A stretch of DNA of 64,000 nucleotides, taken from NCBI GenBank assembly GCA_040374765.1, contig JBEITR010000001.1, positions 25,422 to 89,421 of the forward strand, in the 5' to 3' direction. Below are positions 21,635 through 31,783 of the stretch, piece by piece. Each line of letters starts with the position of its first letter. Position 1 is the first letter of the stretch. The DNA comes from Leptolyngbya sp. GTDB taxonomy: Bacteria; Cyanobacteriota; Cyanobacteriia; Phormidesmidales; Phormidesmidaceae. Both the position numbers and the translations under genes were made by a program. The notes under the pieces are model-generated. The model was given only the letters and a program-made list of their open reading frames with translations, was not told the origin of the DNA and ran no database searches.

Positions 21635-22183
21635 ATGGGTAGACTCATAGTGTTTACTGGTCCCAGCGGTGTGGGCAAGGGGACTCTCTTGCATGCCCTC
21701 TGCGATCGCTATCCCCTTCTGCAGCTTTCGGTCTCCGCCACCACCCGATCCCCCCGGCCGGGGGAAATTGCTGGTAAGGACTATACCTTTGTCAGTCGGG
21801 CAGAGTTTGAGGCCCTGATCGCTCAGGGAGATCTGCTGGAATGGGCAGAATTTGCCGGTAACTACTACGGCACTCCTAAAGGTCCGCTGCTGGAAAAAAT
21901 CCGCACAGGGCAATGGGTGATTTTAGAAATTGAACTGGAGGGGGCTCGCCAGGTGCGGCAGAGTTTTCCCTCCGCCCTGCAGGTGTTTCTCCTACCCCCC
22001 TCCCTGACAGAACTAGAACACCGCCTCCGCCAGCGTGGTCAAGACAGTGATGCGGCGATCGCCCGCCGGTTAGCCCGAGCCCAGGAAGAAATTGCCGCCG
22101 CCACCGAATTTGATGTGCAAATCGTGAACGATCAGCTAGAAAATGCCCTACATCAGATTGAGCAGGTGATTTTTGCCGCCTAG
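21635..22183 (+). CDS. gmk: Guanylate kinase
   Basis: [22 protein letters not shown] and YYGTP motifs; ATG at 21635. Confidence 0.96.
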   Translation: MGRLIVFTGPSGVGKGTLLHALCDRYPLLQLSVSATTRSPRPGEIAGKDYTFVSRAEFEALIAQGDLLEWAEFAGNYYGTPKGPLLEKIRTGQWVILEIELEGARQVRQSFPSALQVFLLPPSLTELEHRLRQRGQDSDAAIARRLARAQEEIAAATEFDVQIVNDQLENALHQIEQVIFAA

Positions 22184-22285
22184 GCTCGAGGCGTGACTGG
22201 ATTGCCTCTAGCCTAAACCGGCCCCCTCCCATCACCTCTGCCCCATCCAGGTTCTTGCCCCAAGCCCCTTATTGAGATAATCCCC

Positions 22286-23356
22286 ATGACTCCAGCGACG
22301 CTGTTTTCTCCCCTTCAACTGGGAGCCCTGCATCTACCTAACCGCATTTTTATGGCGCCTTTGACCCGCTGCCGCGCCACCCTAGACTATGTCCCCACGG
22401 CCCTGATGGCAGAATACTACGGCCAGCGGGCCAGTGCCGGTCTGATCATTGCCGAGGCCACCATGGCGATGGCCGGTAACTCTGCCTTTTACACCGAGCC
22501 GGGTATCTATAACCAGGCCCAGATCGATGGCTGGCGCCTGGTCACCGATGCGGTTCACCGGCAGGGGGGCCATATCTTTCTGCAAATCTGGCACGGTGGT
22601 CGGGCCTGCCATCCCCTGTTTAACAACGGGGCCCAACCGGTGGCCCCCAGCCCCATTGCGATTACCAGTGAGGAGGTCTACACCCCCACCGGTAAGCATG
22701 CCCATGCTATTCCGCGGGAATTACCGGACGGCGAAATCCCCGCCATTGTTGAGGGCTTTCGCCAGGCGGCAGTGAATGCCAGGGAAGCAGGCTTTGATGG
22801 GGTTGAAGTGCATGGAGCGAATGGCTACCTGATCGATTCATTTCTGCGGGACGGATCCAACCATCGGACTGGCCCCTACGGTGGCTCCCTGGCAAACCGC
22901 TGCCGGTTTTTACTGGAGGTTTTAGAGGCGGTCACTGGCGTCTGGGGATCTGATCGCACCGGCCTACGGATTTCTCCCCTGAACTCCTACAACAGCATGG
23001 TAGACAGTGACCCGGTAGGCCTCTGCGAGTATCTGGCTAAGGCTATCTCTCCCCTGGGTTTGGCCTATCTGCATGTAATTCGGGCCGATCGCCTGAAACA
23101 GCAACACGGTGATGTCCTCACCCCCCTACGGCAACATTTTGACGGCAACCTGGTGACCAACCTGGGTTATTCTGCCGCCGAAGCTGAGGCCGCCATTGCC
23201 TCCCAAGCGGTGGATGCAGTGGCCTTTGGGGTTAGCTTTCTAGCCAATCCTGACCTGCCCGCCCGGATCCAGGCCGGTGCCCCCCTTAACCCACCCCGCC
23301 CTGATACCTTCTACACCCCCGGTCCCGAGGGCTACACCGACTATCCCTTTCTCTAG
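22286..23356 (+). CDS. Old Yellow Enzyme family alkene reductase (NemA-like)
   Basis: MAPLTRCRA, QIWHGGR, EVHGANGYL and FLANPDLP motifs. Confidence 0.93.
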   Translation: MTPATLFSPLQLGALHLPNRIFMAPLTRCRATLDYVPTALMAEYYGQRASAGLIIAEATMAMAGNSAFYTEPGIYNQAQIDGWRLVTDAVHRQGGHIFLQIWHGGRACHPLFNNGAQPVAPSPIAITSEEVYTPTGKHAHAIPRELPDGEIPAIVEGFRQAAVNAREAGFDGVEVHGANGYLIDSFLRDGSNHRTGPYGGSLANRCRFLLEVLEAVTGVWGSDRTGLRISPLNSYNSMVDSDPVGLCEYLAKAISPLGLAYLHVIRADRLKQQHGDVLTPLRQHFDGNLVTNLGYSAAEAEAAIASQAVDAVAFGVSFLANPDLPARIQAGAPLNPPRPDTFYTPGPEGYTDYPFL

Positions 23357-23432
23357 GTCTGGCCCTTCAAGCCTCCCTGATCAGGGGGAATTGTTACAAT
23401 TTGGGAGTTCTTCCCCACAGGTTAAACCAGCC

Positions 23433-24209
23433 ATGGGTTCTCCGCCCCCTGCTCTCCCCCCCAGGGTCAGCTATTCCCTGCCCCAGCCACGCCCTGCCTG
23501 GATGGGTCCCTTGCAAGCCCTAGGTCAGGCCCTGCTGGGAGGGGCCCTATTACTGGGAATGGGAGCGGCGGTAGGTTTCTGGCGTTCCCCTGAAACCATG
23601 GTTGCGGGGGTACGACGGTGGATTATCCCCGCTGTTTCAGCCCCCCAGGTGGATGTGCAATCCCTGATTGTGCAGCAACTGCGGGGGGCCAGCGACCTGA
23701 CCACAGCTATTTTCGCCATGGAAGCGGTGGTACCTGGCCACAGCGATCGCACCCTGGCGGGCTACGTGATTGGCTCCACCAAACTCCTCTACATTGCCTA
23801 CGGAGAAGTGCGGGCCGGAGTAGATTTATCGAAAATTACCGCCACCAATGTACAACTAGGAGAAGAGGGGGCGATTCACCTGACCCTGCCACCTCCCCAA
23901 ATTCTAGATAGCAAGCTTGACCTGGATCGATCCAGGGTCTACGACTACGATCGGGGCTTTTTAGGCCTGGGACCCGACCAGGCTCCCGAATTACAGCAGC
24001 AGGCCCAGCGCCAGGCCCTGACTACCATCGTCGCCGCCGCCTGTGATCAGGGTTTATTGGCAGAAGCAAACCGGCGAGCGGCGGTCACGGTGGAGCAACT
24101 GCTCTCCACAGGGGGCTTTAAATCGGTGACGGTCACCACCGTTCCTCCGGCTAGTTCGACCTGTGCAACCCCGACAAATAGCGATACAGTGATACCGGGT
24201 CAGCCATAG
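23433..24209 (+). CDS. DUF4230 domain membrane protein
   Basis: N-terminal TM segment, then LLYIAYGEVRAGVDLS and LPPPQIL; ATG at 23433. Confidence 0.8.
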   Translation: MGSPPPALPPRVSYSLPQPRPAWMGPLQALGQALLGGALLLGMGAAVGFWRSPETMVAGVRRWIIPAVSAPQVDVQSLIVQQLRGASDLTTAIFAMEAVVPGHSDRTLAGYVIGSTKLLYIAYGEVRAGVDLSKITATNVQLGEEGAIHLTLPPPQILDSKLDLDRSRVYDYDRGFLGLGPDQAPELQQQAQRQALTTIVAAACDQGLLAEANRRAAVTVEQLLSTGGFKSVTVTTVPPASSTCATPTNSDTVIPGQP

Positions 24210-24231
24210 CCCCTTTATTTAGAGGAAACCC

Positions 24232-25032
24232 ATGCTAGCGCTTTACCAGTTTGAAGCCTCTGCCTTTGCTGAGAAAATCCGCTTGATTCTCGACTATAAG
24301 CAATTACCCTATCGTTCCCTTGAGGTTACCCCTGGGGTAGGCCAGGTGGAGGTTTTTCAGCTGTCGGGCCAGCGGCAGGTGCCCGTACTTAAGGATGGCG
24401 ACCGGGTGATTCCTGACTCTACGGCAATTGCCCTCTACCTGGAAAGCACCTACCCCGATCACTCCTTGCTACCCACCGATCCAAAACAACGGGGGCTCTG
24501 TCTAGCCCTGGAGGATTGGGCCGACCAGGTGATCGTGACCAATGCCCGTAAAGTTATGATTGGAGCCTTTAAGCAACATCCCAACTTTCGTACCGCCCTG
24601 TTACCTGACCCGACCCCCGATCTGCTGCGCACCCTGGTGGGAGCCCTACCGGGAGAGTTGCTGAACCTGGTGGGCACAGGGGTGGGCTTTGGTCCCGACG
24701 ATATCAAAACCGCTACCCATACCCTGAAGCAGGACCTGGAAGCCCTCTGCTTGATGCTGCAAACCAGCCCCTACCTATTGGGGGATGACCCCACCCTGGC
24801 GGACTTTGCTGTAGCGGCCGCCACCCTGTACCTGAAGTTTCCCACCAGTGAGTACCTTAATCTACCCAAGGGAATTGGCGGTAAGGGGGTGCCTGGGCTA
24901 GCGGACGTGCCCGAGTACGAGGCCTTTTTTGCCTGGCGCGATCGCCTTTACACCAGCTTCCGTCGCCGCCGATCCGAACCTCCGGTGGCCTCAGACCACG
25001 GTTCTGGCCCTACCCCCATCAGTATTGACTAG
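24232..25032 (+). CDS. Glutathione S-transferase family protein
   Basis: QVPVL, DSTAIALYL and TLADFAV motifs. Confidence 0.9.
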   Translation: MLALYQFEASAFAEKIRLILDYKQLPYRSLEVTPGVGQVEVFQLSGQRQVPVLKDGDRVIPDSTAIALYLESTYPDHSLLPTDPKQRGLCLALEDWADQVIVTNARKVMIGAFKQHPNFRTALLPDPTPDLLRTLVGALPGELLNLVGTGVGFGPDDIKTATHTLKQDLEALCLMLQTSPYLLGDDPTLADFAVAAATLYLKFPTSEYLNLPKGIGGKGVPGLADVPEYEAFFAWRDRLYTSFRRRRSEPPVASDHGSGPTPISID

Positions 25033-25049
25033 TCCTACCTGGCTGCCCT

Positions 25050-26342
25050 ATGACTGACCCGGTAACTCTCCTGACCTCCCTGCTATCCGCCGATCAGGTG
25101 GTTGCTGCCGACCAGCTACCCACCTGGCTTACCCAGGTGGACCGGTCTCCTACCCTGGTTTATCCCCACAGCGAAGCGGAGCTGGCGGCGGTTATGGCCT
25201 GTGCCCACCAGCAGCAGTGGCGGCTTCTGCCCTGTGGCGGTGGCAGTAAGCTGGCTTGGGGTGGGCCCCCCGCAGCCATCGATGTGGTGGTGAGTACGGC
25301 CCGATTAAACCAGGTGATTGACCACGCGGTGGGGGATATGACCCTGACTGTGCAGGCTGGGGTGCGGCTGGCAGACCTGAAGACACCACTGGCAAACCAG
25401 CAGCAATGGCTGGCCATGGACCCGGCCTATGGCGATCGGGCTACCCTGGGGGGCATCGTGGCCACCGCCGATATCGGTGCCCTGCGGCAGCGCTACGGTA
25501 GTGTGCGCGATCGGGTCATCGGCCTTACCCTTGTGCGCCACGATGGCCAGCTTGCCAGGGCGGGGGGACGGGTGGTTAAAAACGTGGCGGGCTACGACCT
25601 GATGAAGTTGATGACCGGCTCCTACGGGACTTTGGGGGTGATTTCCCAGCTTACCCTCCGGCTCTATCCCATTCCTGACACCTCTAAAACGATGGTGGTG
25701 ACGGGTCCGGCTGAGGTCCTGACCAGCCTTACCGCCAAGGTCAGAGCCTCTACCCTCACCCCTGTGGCCCTCGATCTCTTTTCCCCCCGCCTGGTCCAGG
25801 CCCTGGAATTGCCCCCCGGCTTCGGGTTGGCCGCCCGCTTTCAATCCTTAGAGGCGGGGGTGGAAGAGCAAATAGCCCTCTTGAGGGCAATGGTTCCGGC
25901 AGAATGCCACGGGGAAATACTGGTGGCAGCCCAGGAGGAGCAATTCTGGCACGGGGCCAGTACGACCCTCTACGGAACCCCATCAGCCCCCCCCGATCTA
26001 TTGGCCAAGATAGGGGTGCCCCCCACCGCAGCCATGCCCTTACTAGAAAGCCTCACCCGTCTGCTTCCCCACCATCACCTGGCCCGCTTCCATGGCGGTA
26101 GTGGCATCGGTAGCTTGAGGCTGGAGGGGGAGAGCGTCGAACTAGGGATGGTTAAGGCTCTGCGATCGCGCTGTCACCAGGTGGGTGGCTACCTCACCCT
26201 GCACCTAGCCCCCTCCGCCCTCAAAACCGCGATCGATGTTTGGGACTACCAGGGCAAGGCCCTGGGATTAATGGGAAAGGTGAAAGCTGAGTTCGATCCC
26301 CAGCATCGCCTCAGTCCTGGACGCTTTGTGGGGGATCTTTAG
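25050..26342 (+). CDS. FAD-binding oxidoreductase (GlcE-like glycolate oxidase subunit)
   Basis: GGGSKLAWG, ATLGG, GGRVVKNVAGYDLMKL, GSYGTLG and FDP motifs. Confidence 0.85.
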   Translation: MTDPVTLLTSLLSADQVVAADQLPTWLTQVDRSPTLVYPHSEAELAAVMACAHQQQWRLLPCGGGSKLAWGGPPAAIDVVVSTARLNQVIDHAVGDMTLTVQAGVRLADLKTPLANQQQWLAMDPAYGDRATLGGIVATADIGALRQRYGSVRDRVIGLTLVRHDGQLARAGGRVVKNVAGYDLMKLMTGSYGTLGVISQLTLRLYPIPDTSKTMVVTGPAEVLTSLTAKVRASTLTPVALDLFSPRLVQALELPPGFGLAARFQSLEAGVEEQIALLRAMVPAECHGEILVAAQEEQFWHGASTTLYGTPSAPPDLLAKIGVPPTAAMPLLESLTRLLPHHHLARFHGGSGIGSLRLEGESVELGMVKALRSRCHQVGGYLTLHLAPSALKTAIDVWDYQGKALGLMGKVKAEFDPQHRLSPGRFVGDL

Positions 26343-26434
26343 GGACCATTTAGTAGGGGCAATGAACCCCCATGATGGTCTGTCCTGCCCCTAGGAAAAC
26401 CTGGTATAGTATTAACGTACCATGGCAAAATACC

Positions 26435-27631
26435 ATGCTGGATCTGGTCAAGCTATCTCAGCAGATGCCTGGCATCAGTCAGCATCTAACCCAGGAAGCC
26501 CGGGCGGTGCAGCAGCGACTGGCCATGGCCCAGACCCTGCTGCTGGCGGCCGCCAAACAGCAACCTAACCTGGTGGCCCACCTGCAGGACTATGGCGATC
26601 GCCTGGCCTTTACTACGCCCCAGCCCAATCAACCCTTAACCACCCGCACCCCCGTATCGCCAGCCTCTCCCGTCCACACGGTTATTGCCACGGACGGGTC
26701 CCAGATTGCCCCCAGCCACCACGAAATCGCCTACTGCTATCTGATCAATGTGGGACGGGTGGTTTTGCACTACGGCCAGGGTCGCGCCCCACTCCTGGAC
26801 AGTCTACCCGAGGTGGTCTTCCGGGCAGAGGATTTGGCTATCTCGCGGCCGTGGGGTATTCCTACGGAAGAATGGATGGGCTATCGTCGCACCATGGCAG
26901 AGGCTCTGGCCCTGGCCGATCTGGGGGTGGCGGTGAGCCAATTATCCCCTCCAGAGGGCCCCTCCCCCCAGGTCCTAGCCTTGGTGGATGGCTCCTTAAT
27001 TTACTGGTTCCTGGACTCCCTACCCGACCAGGCTCGAGAATTGATTCTAGCGCCGATTTTGGCGGCGTGGAATCAACTGCGTCAGCAGAGAATTCCGCTG
27101 GTGGGCTACCTCAGCGCCTCCCGGAGTGCAGAGACCCTGAATTTCTTGCGTTTGGCCGCCTGTCCCTTTCCAGCCCCTGACTGTCAGCAGCACTGTGGAG
27201 ACTCGACAGACAGGGCCCCCTGTGGTCGCTTTCTACCCCTGAGGGATGCCACCTTCTGGGGGACCCAACTAGCCCCAGGCCAGTGCAGCCCCTTCTGGCG
27301 TAGTGGAGCCCCCATTCTGCAGCGCTACGGCGATCAGTGTATTTACTTTTGCTATCTTCACGTGGGCTCAGAAGTGGCCCGGGTAGAGGTGCCCGCATGG
27401 GTCGTGACGGATTCAGACCTGTGCCAGCAGGCTCTGGCCATGGTCCTGGCCCAGGTACAAAAGGGCTATGGTTACCCCGTTTCCCTGGCGGAGGCCCACA
27501 ATCAGGCGGTGGTGCGAGGGGGCGATCGCAGCCGTTTTTTCCTGCTGCTAGAGCAGGAAATGATTCGCGCTGGACTGACTAATATTGGTACATCCTATAA
27601 GGAAACCCGCAAGCGGGGTAGCATTGCTTAA
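26435..27631 (+). CDS. nurA: NurA family nuclease
   Basis: ATDGSQI, LVDGSL and GYGYPVSLAEAHNQAVV motifs; ATG at 26435. Confidence 0.88.
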   Translation: MLDLVKLSQQMPGISQHLTQEARAVQQRLAMAQTLLLAAAKQQPNLVAHLQDYGDRLAFTTPQPNQPLTTRTPVSPASPVHTVIATDGSQIAPSHHEIAYCYLINVGRVVLHYGQGRAPLLDSLPEVVFRAEDLAISRPWGIPTEEWMGYRRTMAEALALADLGVAVSQLSPPEGPSPQVLALVDGSLIYWFLDSLPDQARELILAPILAAWNQLRQQRIPLVGYLSASRSAETLNFLRLAACPFPAPDCQQHCGDSTDRAPCGRFLPLRDATFWGTQLAPGQCSPFWRSGAPILQRYGDQCIYFCYLHVGSEVARVEVPAWVVTDSDLCQQALAMVLAQVQKGYGYPVSLAEAHNQAVVRGGDRSRFFLLLEQEMIRAGLTNIGTSYKETRKRGSIA

Positions 27632-27643
27632 CCCTGAAGCCGA

Positions 27644-27700
27644 GGCAGAAAACCCGCCCAGCCCGGACCGATCAACCCTGGACCAGCCCATCGGCCATGG
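27644..27700 (+). repeat. Family X copy Q (internally shortened)
   Basis: GGCAGAAAACCCGCCCAG...GACCGATCAAC...TCGGCCA. GACCGATCAAC is shared with the copy at 30823. Confidence 0.6.
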
Positions 27701-27770
27701 GGTTGCGGTGTCCTCCTAACCAGCCTGGGGCCTGCTGTAGTTCCTGTAGACTTTCTTAATTTCCGGAATT

Positions 27771-27797
27771 ATCCCCCCTGGAGGGATTGTAATCCCT
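27771..27797. promoter_or_regulatory. Candidate CsoR/RcnR (InrS-type) operator upstream of the ECF operon
   Basis: ATCCCCCCTGGAGGGAT (ATCCC/GGGAT inverted repeat around a C/G tract), overlapping the palindrome AGGGATT-GT-AATCCCT. Confidence 0.55.
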
Positions 27798-27934
27798 GCC
27801 GTAAGCCTATCTACTGAGGTTAGGATTTTAGGCCAGTGGTCAAGGAAATCCTCCGGTAATCCTTTCGTTTTTTGCCTATGGACACCCTCCATGCCCTCAC
27901 TGTATCGGCTGCTCCCTGCGTGCCTGGGATGCCC

Positions 27935-28621
27935 ATGTACCTGGCTATGCATATTCCCGATGGTTTCTTAAATATACCGGTGAGTTTAGGTACCTGGGGT
28001 TTAGCGATCGCCCTGGTGGGGCTGGCCCTGAATCGGGTCAAGGCAACCTATAAAGATCGAGCCGTTCCCCTGATGGGGGTTTGTGCCGCCTTTATCTTTG
28101 CTGCCCAGATGATTAACTTTCCCATTCCCGGTGGCACATCGGGCCATTTACTGGGGGGAACCCTGGCGGGAGTACTGCTCGGCCCCTGGGCTGGCACCCT
28201 GGTGATGACCGTTGTCTTCATAGTGCAGGCCCTGCTATTTCAGGATGGCGGCTTAACTGTGCTGGGAGCAAACATTTTTAACATGGGTTTGATCGGCACC
28301 TTTGGCGGCTACTATCTCTACAGAGTCCTGCGCTCCGTCCTGGGTTTCCATTCCTGGCGGGCCATGGCGATCGCTACCGGGGTAACCGCCTGGATGAGCG
28401 TGGTGGTGGGCTCCCTGTTCTGTGCCCTGGAGTTAGCCCTATCGGGCACCGTACCCTTGACGGTAGCCATCACCGCCATGCTGGTCTGGCACCTGCTGAT
28501 TGGTATTGGGGAAACCCTGATTAGTCTGCTGGCCATTAGCTATATCTGGCGGAGTCGCCCTGATCTAATTTTTGACCCCCCCGCTGTATCCCGCCCCAGG
28601 TATTCCTTCAACCGTTTTTAA
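27935..28621 (+). CDS. cbiM: ECF transporter S component CbiM/NikM
   Basis: MHIPDGFL metal-binding N-terminus (second ATG at 27947) and GGTSGHLLGG motif. Confidence 0.92.
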   Translation: MYLAMHIPDGFLNIPVSLGTWGLAIALVGLALNRVKATYKDRAVPLMGVCAAFIFAAQMINFPIPGGTSGHLLGGTLAGVLLGPWAGTLVMTVVFIVQALLFQDGGLTVLGANIFNMGLIGTFGGYYLYRVLRSVLGFHSWRAMAIATGVTAWMSVVVGSLFCALELALSGTVPLTVAITAMLVWHLLIGIGETLISLLAISYIWRSRPDLIFDPPAVSRPRYSFNRF

Positions 28622-28637
28622 GGATCCCTTACCTGCC

Positions 28638-28997
28638 ATGACCTCCTCCTCTCCCAATAAGTATCTGGCCTTCTGGCTAACCGGCTTGGGAGCATCCCTG
28701 CTGATTGCCGGATTGCTTTCTCCCTTCGCCAGCCCTAACCCCGATGGCCTAGACCGGGTCTCCCTGGACCACGGTTTTGCCAAGGTAGCCCAATCCCATC
28801 CCCCCAGTCACCACCTACCCTTCTACCAGTGGTTTGACTCCTACGCTCTACGGGGGGCGCCCTCGCCCCTTGCCACTCCCCTAGCGGGCATAGTAGGCAC
28901 CCTGGTAACCTTTGGCCTGGCCTGGGGAGTCGGTAAGTTGGTGGTCAAACCAGATCCAGGGAAGGCGGAACAGCCCCCTTCTCACCCATCCCCTTAA
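28638..28997 (+). CDS. PDGLE-domain protein (NikN-like ECF accessory component)
   Basis: TM-FASPNPDGLDRV-loop-TM architecture. Confidence 0.88.
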   Translation: MTSSSPNKYLAFWLTGLGASLLIAGLLSPFASPNPDGLDRVSLDHGFAKVAQSHPPSHHLPFYQWFDSYALRGAPSPLATPLAGIVGTLVTFGLAWGVGKLVVKPDPGKAEQPPSHPSP

Positions 28998-29012
28998 GTT
29001 GCCCGGTAACTC

Positions 29013-29087
29013 GCCAGAGCCCCTATCCGGCCTTCCCTTTGACCGCTCTATTCTATTCCTAGGGTTCTGGCCAAAGCTGTCCATACC
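29013..29087 (+). repeat. Family X copy D
   Basis: 10-bp closing stem GCCAGAGCCC/GGGTTCTGGC. GTTCTGGCCAAAGCT (29064-29078) is identical to 52051-52065. Confidence 0.88.
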
Positions 29088-29135
29088 ATCAACGTCATTG
29101 CGAACTGACCGGTCCTAGCGGAGGGGACTCAGCCT

Positions 29136-29918
29136 ATGCTTCTTCATATTGGTGCTGTACGCCTCGATCTAGACAGTCATCGCCCCACCCCCTGGCAGTC
29201 TCTAGCCCCCCAGGCTCGCCTTCTCTGTGCTCTGATGTTTGTCTTTGCCACAGCCCTGACTCCCCCCGGAGAATGGCTGGTGTGGGGAATCTACGGCCTG
29301 GGATTGGGCGGACTAATCGCCCTTAGTCGGGTTAGCCTGATGGTTTTGCTGAAGCGGGTGGCGATTGAAATGGGACTGGCCGGGGTAGTGCTGGTCGGTA
29401 CCCTCTTTCGCCAGGAAGGGACGGTACTGTGGCATTGGGGAATTTTCCAGGTGACCACGGTGGGGTTGACGGTGCTTGTCAGCGTTAGTCTGAAGGCGCT
29501 GTTATCCCTGGGGATGCTAAACCTGCTGGTATTGACCACGCCAGTATCCGATCTGTTGCAGGGGCTCACCCGTTTGAAAATGCCTCCCCTACTGGTGGCA
29601 ATTTTAGCGGCCATGCACCGCTACAGCAGTATCCTGGTGGCGGAGTTTGCTGCCATGCGGCGGGCCGCCCTGGCCCGTAACCTGATGGCTCGTCGTCAGG
29701 GGCAGCGCCGGGTGATTGGCCACATGATGGGGGCGCTGTTTTTGCGTTCCTACGATCGCGGCGATCGCATTTACCAAGCCATGGTGGCCCGGGGTTACCA
29801 GGGTACCCTGGCCAGGACGACCTTCCCCGCGATGACCTGGCCCGATCACCTGGCCCTGGGAATCATGGCGGGTTGGCTGGCGGCAGGTCAACTGATCCAG
29901 CAGGGTTGGCACGGATGA
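29136..29918 (+). CDS. cbiQ: ECF transporter T component CbiQ/NikQ
   Basis: Multi-TM protein with RSYDRGDRIYQAMVARGY. Confidence 0.92.
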   Translation: MLLHIGAVRLDLDSHRPTPWQSLAPQARLLCALMFVFATALTPPGEWLVWGIYGLGLGGLIALSRVSLMVLLKRVAIEMGLAGVVLVGTLFRQEGTVLWHWGIFQVTTVGLTVLVSVSLKALLSLGMLNLLVLTTPVSDLLQGLTRLKMPPLLVAILAAMHRYSSILVAEFAAMRRAALARNLMARRQGQRRVIGHMMGALFLRSYDRGDRIYQAMVARGYQGTLARTTFPAMTWPDHLALGIMAGWLAAGQLIQQGWHG

Positions 29919-29939
29919 ATATTGTTTCAAGCTAAGGCA

Positions 29940-30743
29940 ATGCACCATAATCCTATTACTATTGAGGACCTGAGCTACTCCTACGATGACGGCACCGTAG
30001 CCCTCAGTCAGATCAATCTGGCCATTGCTGCTGGCGAACGGGTCGCCTTGGTAGGGGCCAACGGTTCGGGTAAGTCAACGCTGTTGCTGCACCTAAATGG
30101 TATTATCTGGCCCCAGTCGGGGCAGATCACGGTGGGGGAACATCCCCTACATCCCGACCATGTCAAGACCATTCGCAATTTCGTCGGGGTAGTGTTTCAG
30201 AACCCCGACGACCAGCTATTTATGCCCACGGTGGAGGAAGATATTACCTTTGGGCCTATGAATCAGGGTCTCCGGGGTAGGGAACTGCTGCACCGCTGTC
30301 ACCATTGTCTCCATGCGGTAGGACTCAACCCAGCAGACTACTTACACCGCAGCCCCGATCACCTGTCGGGGGGTGAGAAACAGCGGGTAGCGATCGCCGG
30401 GGTGCTAGCCATGCAGCCCCAGGTGCTGGTGTTCGACGAACCCACCAGCCAGCTCGATCCCCGTTCCCGTCGTCAGTTGATTCACCTGCTGAAACACCTG
30501 CCCATGACCCAGTTGATCGCTACCCACGATTTAGATCTAGCCCTGGAACTATGCGATCGCACCATTGTCCTAAGTAAGGGCCGCATCGTTCGCCAGGGAC
30601 CCACAGCCCATGTACTCAGCGACCAGGGCTTTCTCCAGGGGCACTCCCTAGAATTACCCTTGAGCTTTAGTCGGCCCTACTGCCAGCTAGAAGATGCTCC
30701 CGTGCGGCTGGCCATGCGAGAGTCTTTGGCCCTATTGCCTTAA
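29940..30743 (+). CDS. cbiO: ECF transporter ATPase CbiO/NikO
   Basis: GANGSGKST, QNPDDQLF, LSGGEKQRV and DEPTS motifs. Confidence 0.93.
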   Translation: MHHNPITIEDLSYSYDDGTVALSQINLAIAAGERVALVGANGSGKSTLLLHLNGIIWPQSGQITVGEHPLHPDHVKTIRNFVGVVFQNPDDQLFMPTVEEDITFGPMNQGLRGRELLHRCHHCLHAVGLNPADYLHRSPDHLSGGEKQRVAIAGVLAMQPQVLVFDEPTSQLDPRSRRQLIHLLKHLPMTQLIATHDLDLALELCDRTIVLSKGRIVRQGPTAHVLSDQGFLQGHSLELPLSFSRPYCQLEDAPVRLAMRESLALLP

Positions 30744-30822
30744 TCCATGAAAGGGGTAGGGCCAGGAGGTTAATCCAAGGTTGCCTGGGGAATAGGGGTC
30801 AGAATTAAGGAGTCAGGATGTA

Positions 30823-30934
30823 GCCAGAACACCTACCTGGCCTTTGCCCTTTCGTGTCTCGTAGCTGATAGGCCTAGTGTTACGCGACATGAAATCGACC
30901 GATCAACTCTATCCCTAGGGTTCTAGCAAAAGCT
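30823..30934 (+). repeat. Family X copy E (long form with apical arm)
   Basis: GCCAGAACACCTA/TAGGGTTCTAGC closing stem, inserted hairpin TTTCGTGTC...GACATGAAA and CAAAAGCT tail. Confidence 0.85.
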
Positions 30935-30985
30935 AGGTTTTATGACCCCTATCGGAGGAAGCAAGCTCCATCTAGGGAGGGGAAC

Positions 30986-31243
30986 CTAGGCTTGATTGAG
31001 TCGGGCCCAGTCCTCGGGGGTATAGGTCTTCAGGGCCAGGGCATGGATGGCAGCAGAGGACATTGCCTCCCGCACGGCCCCGTAGACCAGTTGATGCTGC
31101 TGCACCAGGCTACATCCCGCAAAGGCAGAGGAAACTACTAAAACCTGATAATGATCGCCACCACCGGTTAGATCTTCCACCTGAACATTGGCGTCGGGTA
31201 GGCTGGTCTTAATCATAGCCGCTACCTGGTCTGAACTAATCAT
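30986..31243 (-). CDS. bolA: BolA family protein
   Basis: [15 protein letters not shown] and IHALALKT motifs; ATG at 31243. Confidence 0.93.
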   Translation of the reverse strand: MISSDQVAAMIKTSLPDANVQVEDLTGGGDHYQVLVVSSAFAGCSLVQQHQLVYGAVREAMSSAAIHALALKTYTPEDWARLNQA

Positions 31244-31298
31244 GGGTGTGGGTCTCTCTACAACTTTATCAAGGTCAAGCAAACGCGAGCGTGGGTAG

Positions 31299-31375
31299 TA
31301 TGACTTTGGCCAGAATACTTCTGCCCCCTTACCGGGAGTCAGGGCCATACCCAAACCATCCATAGGTATTCTGCC
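31299..31375 (-). repeat. Family X copy K
   Basis: Closing stem GGCAGAATAC/GTATTCTGGC (9 of 10 pairs) plus CAAAGTCATA tail, in the bolA leader. Confidence 0.78.
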
Positions 31376-31638
31376 ACTGAATCCCATGGAAAAGGAGAAT
31401 GGGGTCAAAAGTGAGGCATTGAATCAGACTATGGTTTTCCCAGACATAATCCCTGACCTTGACCCCATCCCTATCCAGTTAGAAGAGGCCGGTTCGAGCT
31501 AAACGACCAAACTAATACCAAACTATCTGGAGAAATCTTGCCCATCCTTTGCCAGTGTGTTTTATTCTTATATAGTCAAGTGCAGTTGCGATCGGCTCTT
31601 ATACCTCTTGAGTTCGGTCTATGACTTGATAGGTTTCT

Positions 31639-31720
31639 GCGGATGTGGTGGAACCGGTAGACACGCACGCTTGAGGGGCGTGTGGCTAACGCCTTGCGAG
31701 TTCGAGTCTCGCCATCCGCA
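31639..31720 (+). tRNA. trnL: tRNA-Leu(GAG)
   Basis: GCGGATG/CATCCGC acceptor stem, CACGC-TTGAGGG-GCGTG anticodon arm and a long variable arm. Confidence 0.96.
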
Positions 31721-31727
31721 TTAATCA

Positions 31728-31783
31728 GACTTTGTCCAAACTGATGAGGACCCAGTGGATGGGTCCCTTGGATGCTTCCTAGC
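31728..31783 (-). repeat. Family X degenerate copy U
   Basis: Minus-strand GTCCTCATCAGTTTGGACAAAGTC matches the 3' half of the family without gaps. Confidence 0.5.

Noticed and set aside
27632-27934. Cobalamin riboswitch before cbiM
   Set aside because: No AGGGAA...CCGGTG...GCCCCCGCAACTGT core is visible.
30744-31243. bolA without an adjacent grxD, and the ABC-2 permease at 62432 without its ATPase
   Set aside because: Split operons are common in cyanobacteria; partners are probably elsewhere, so interest is low.
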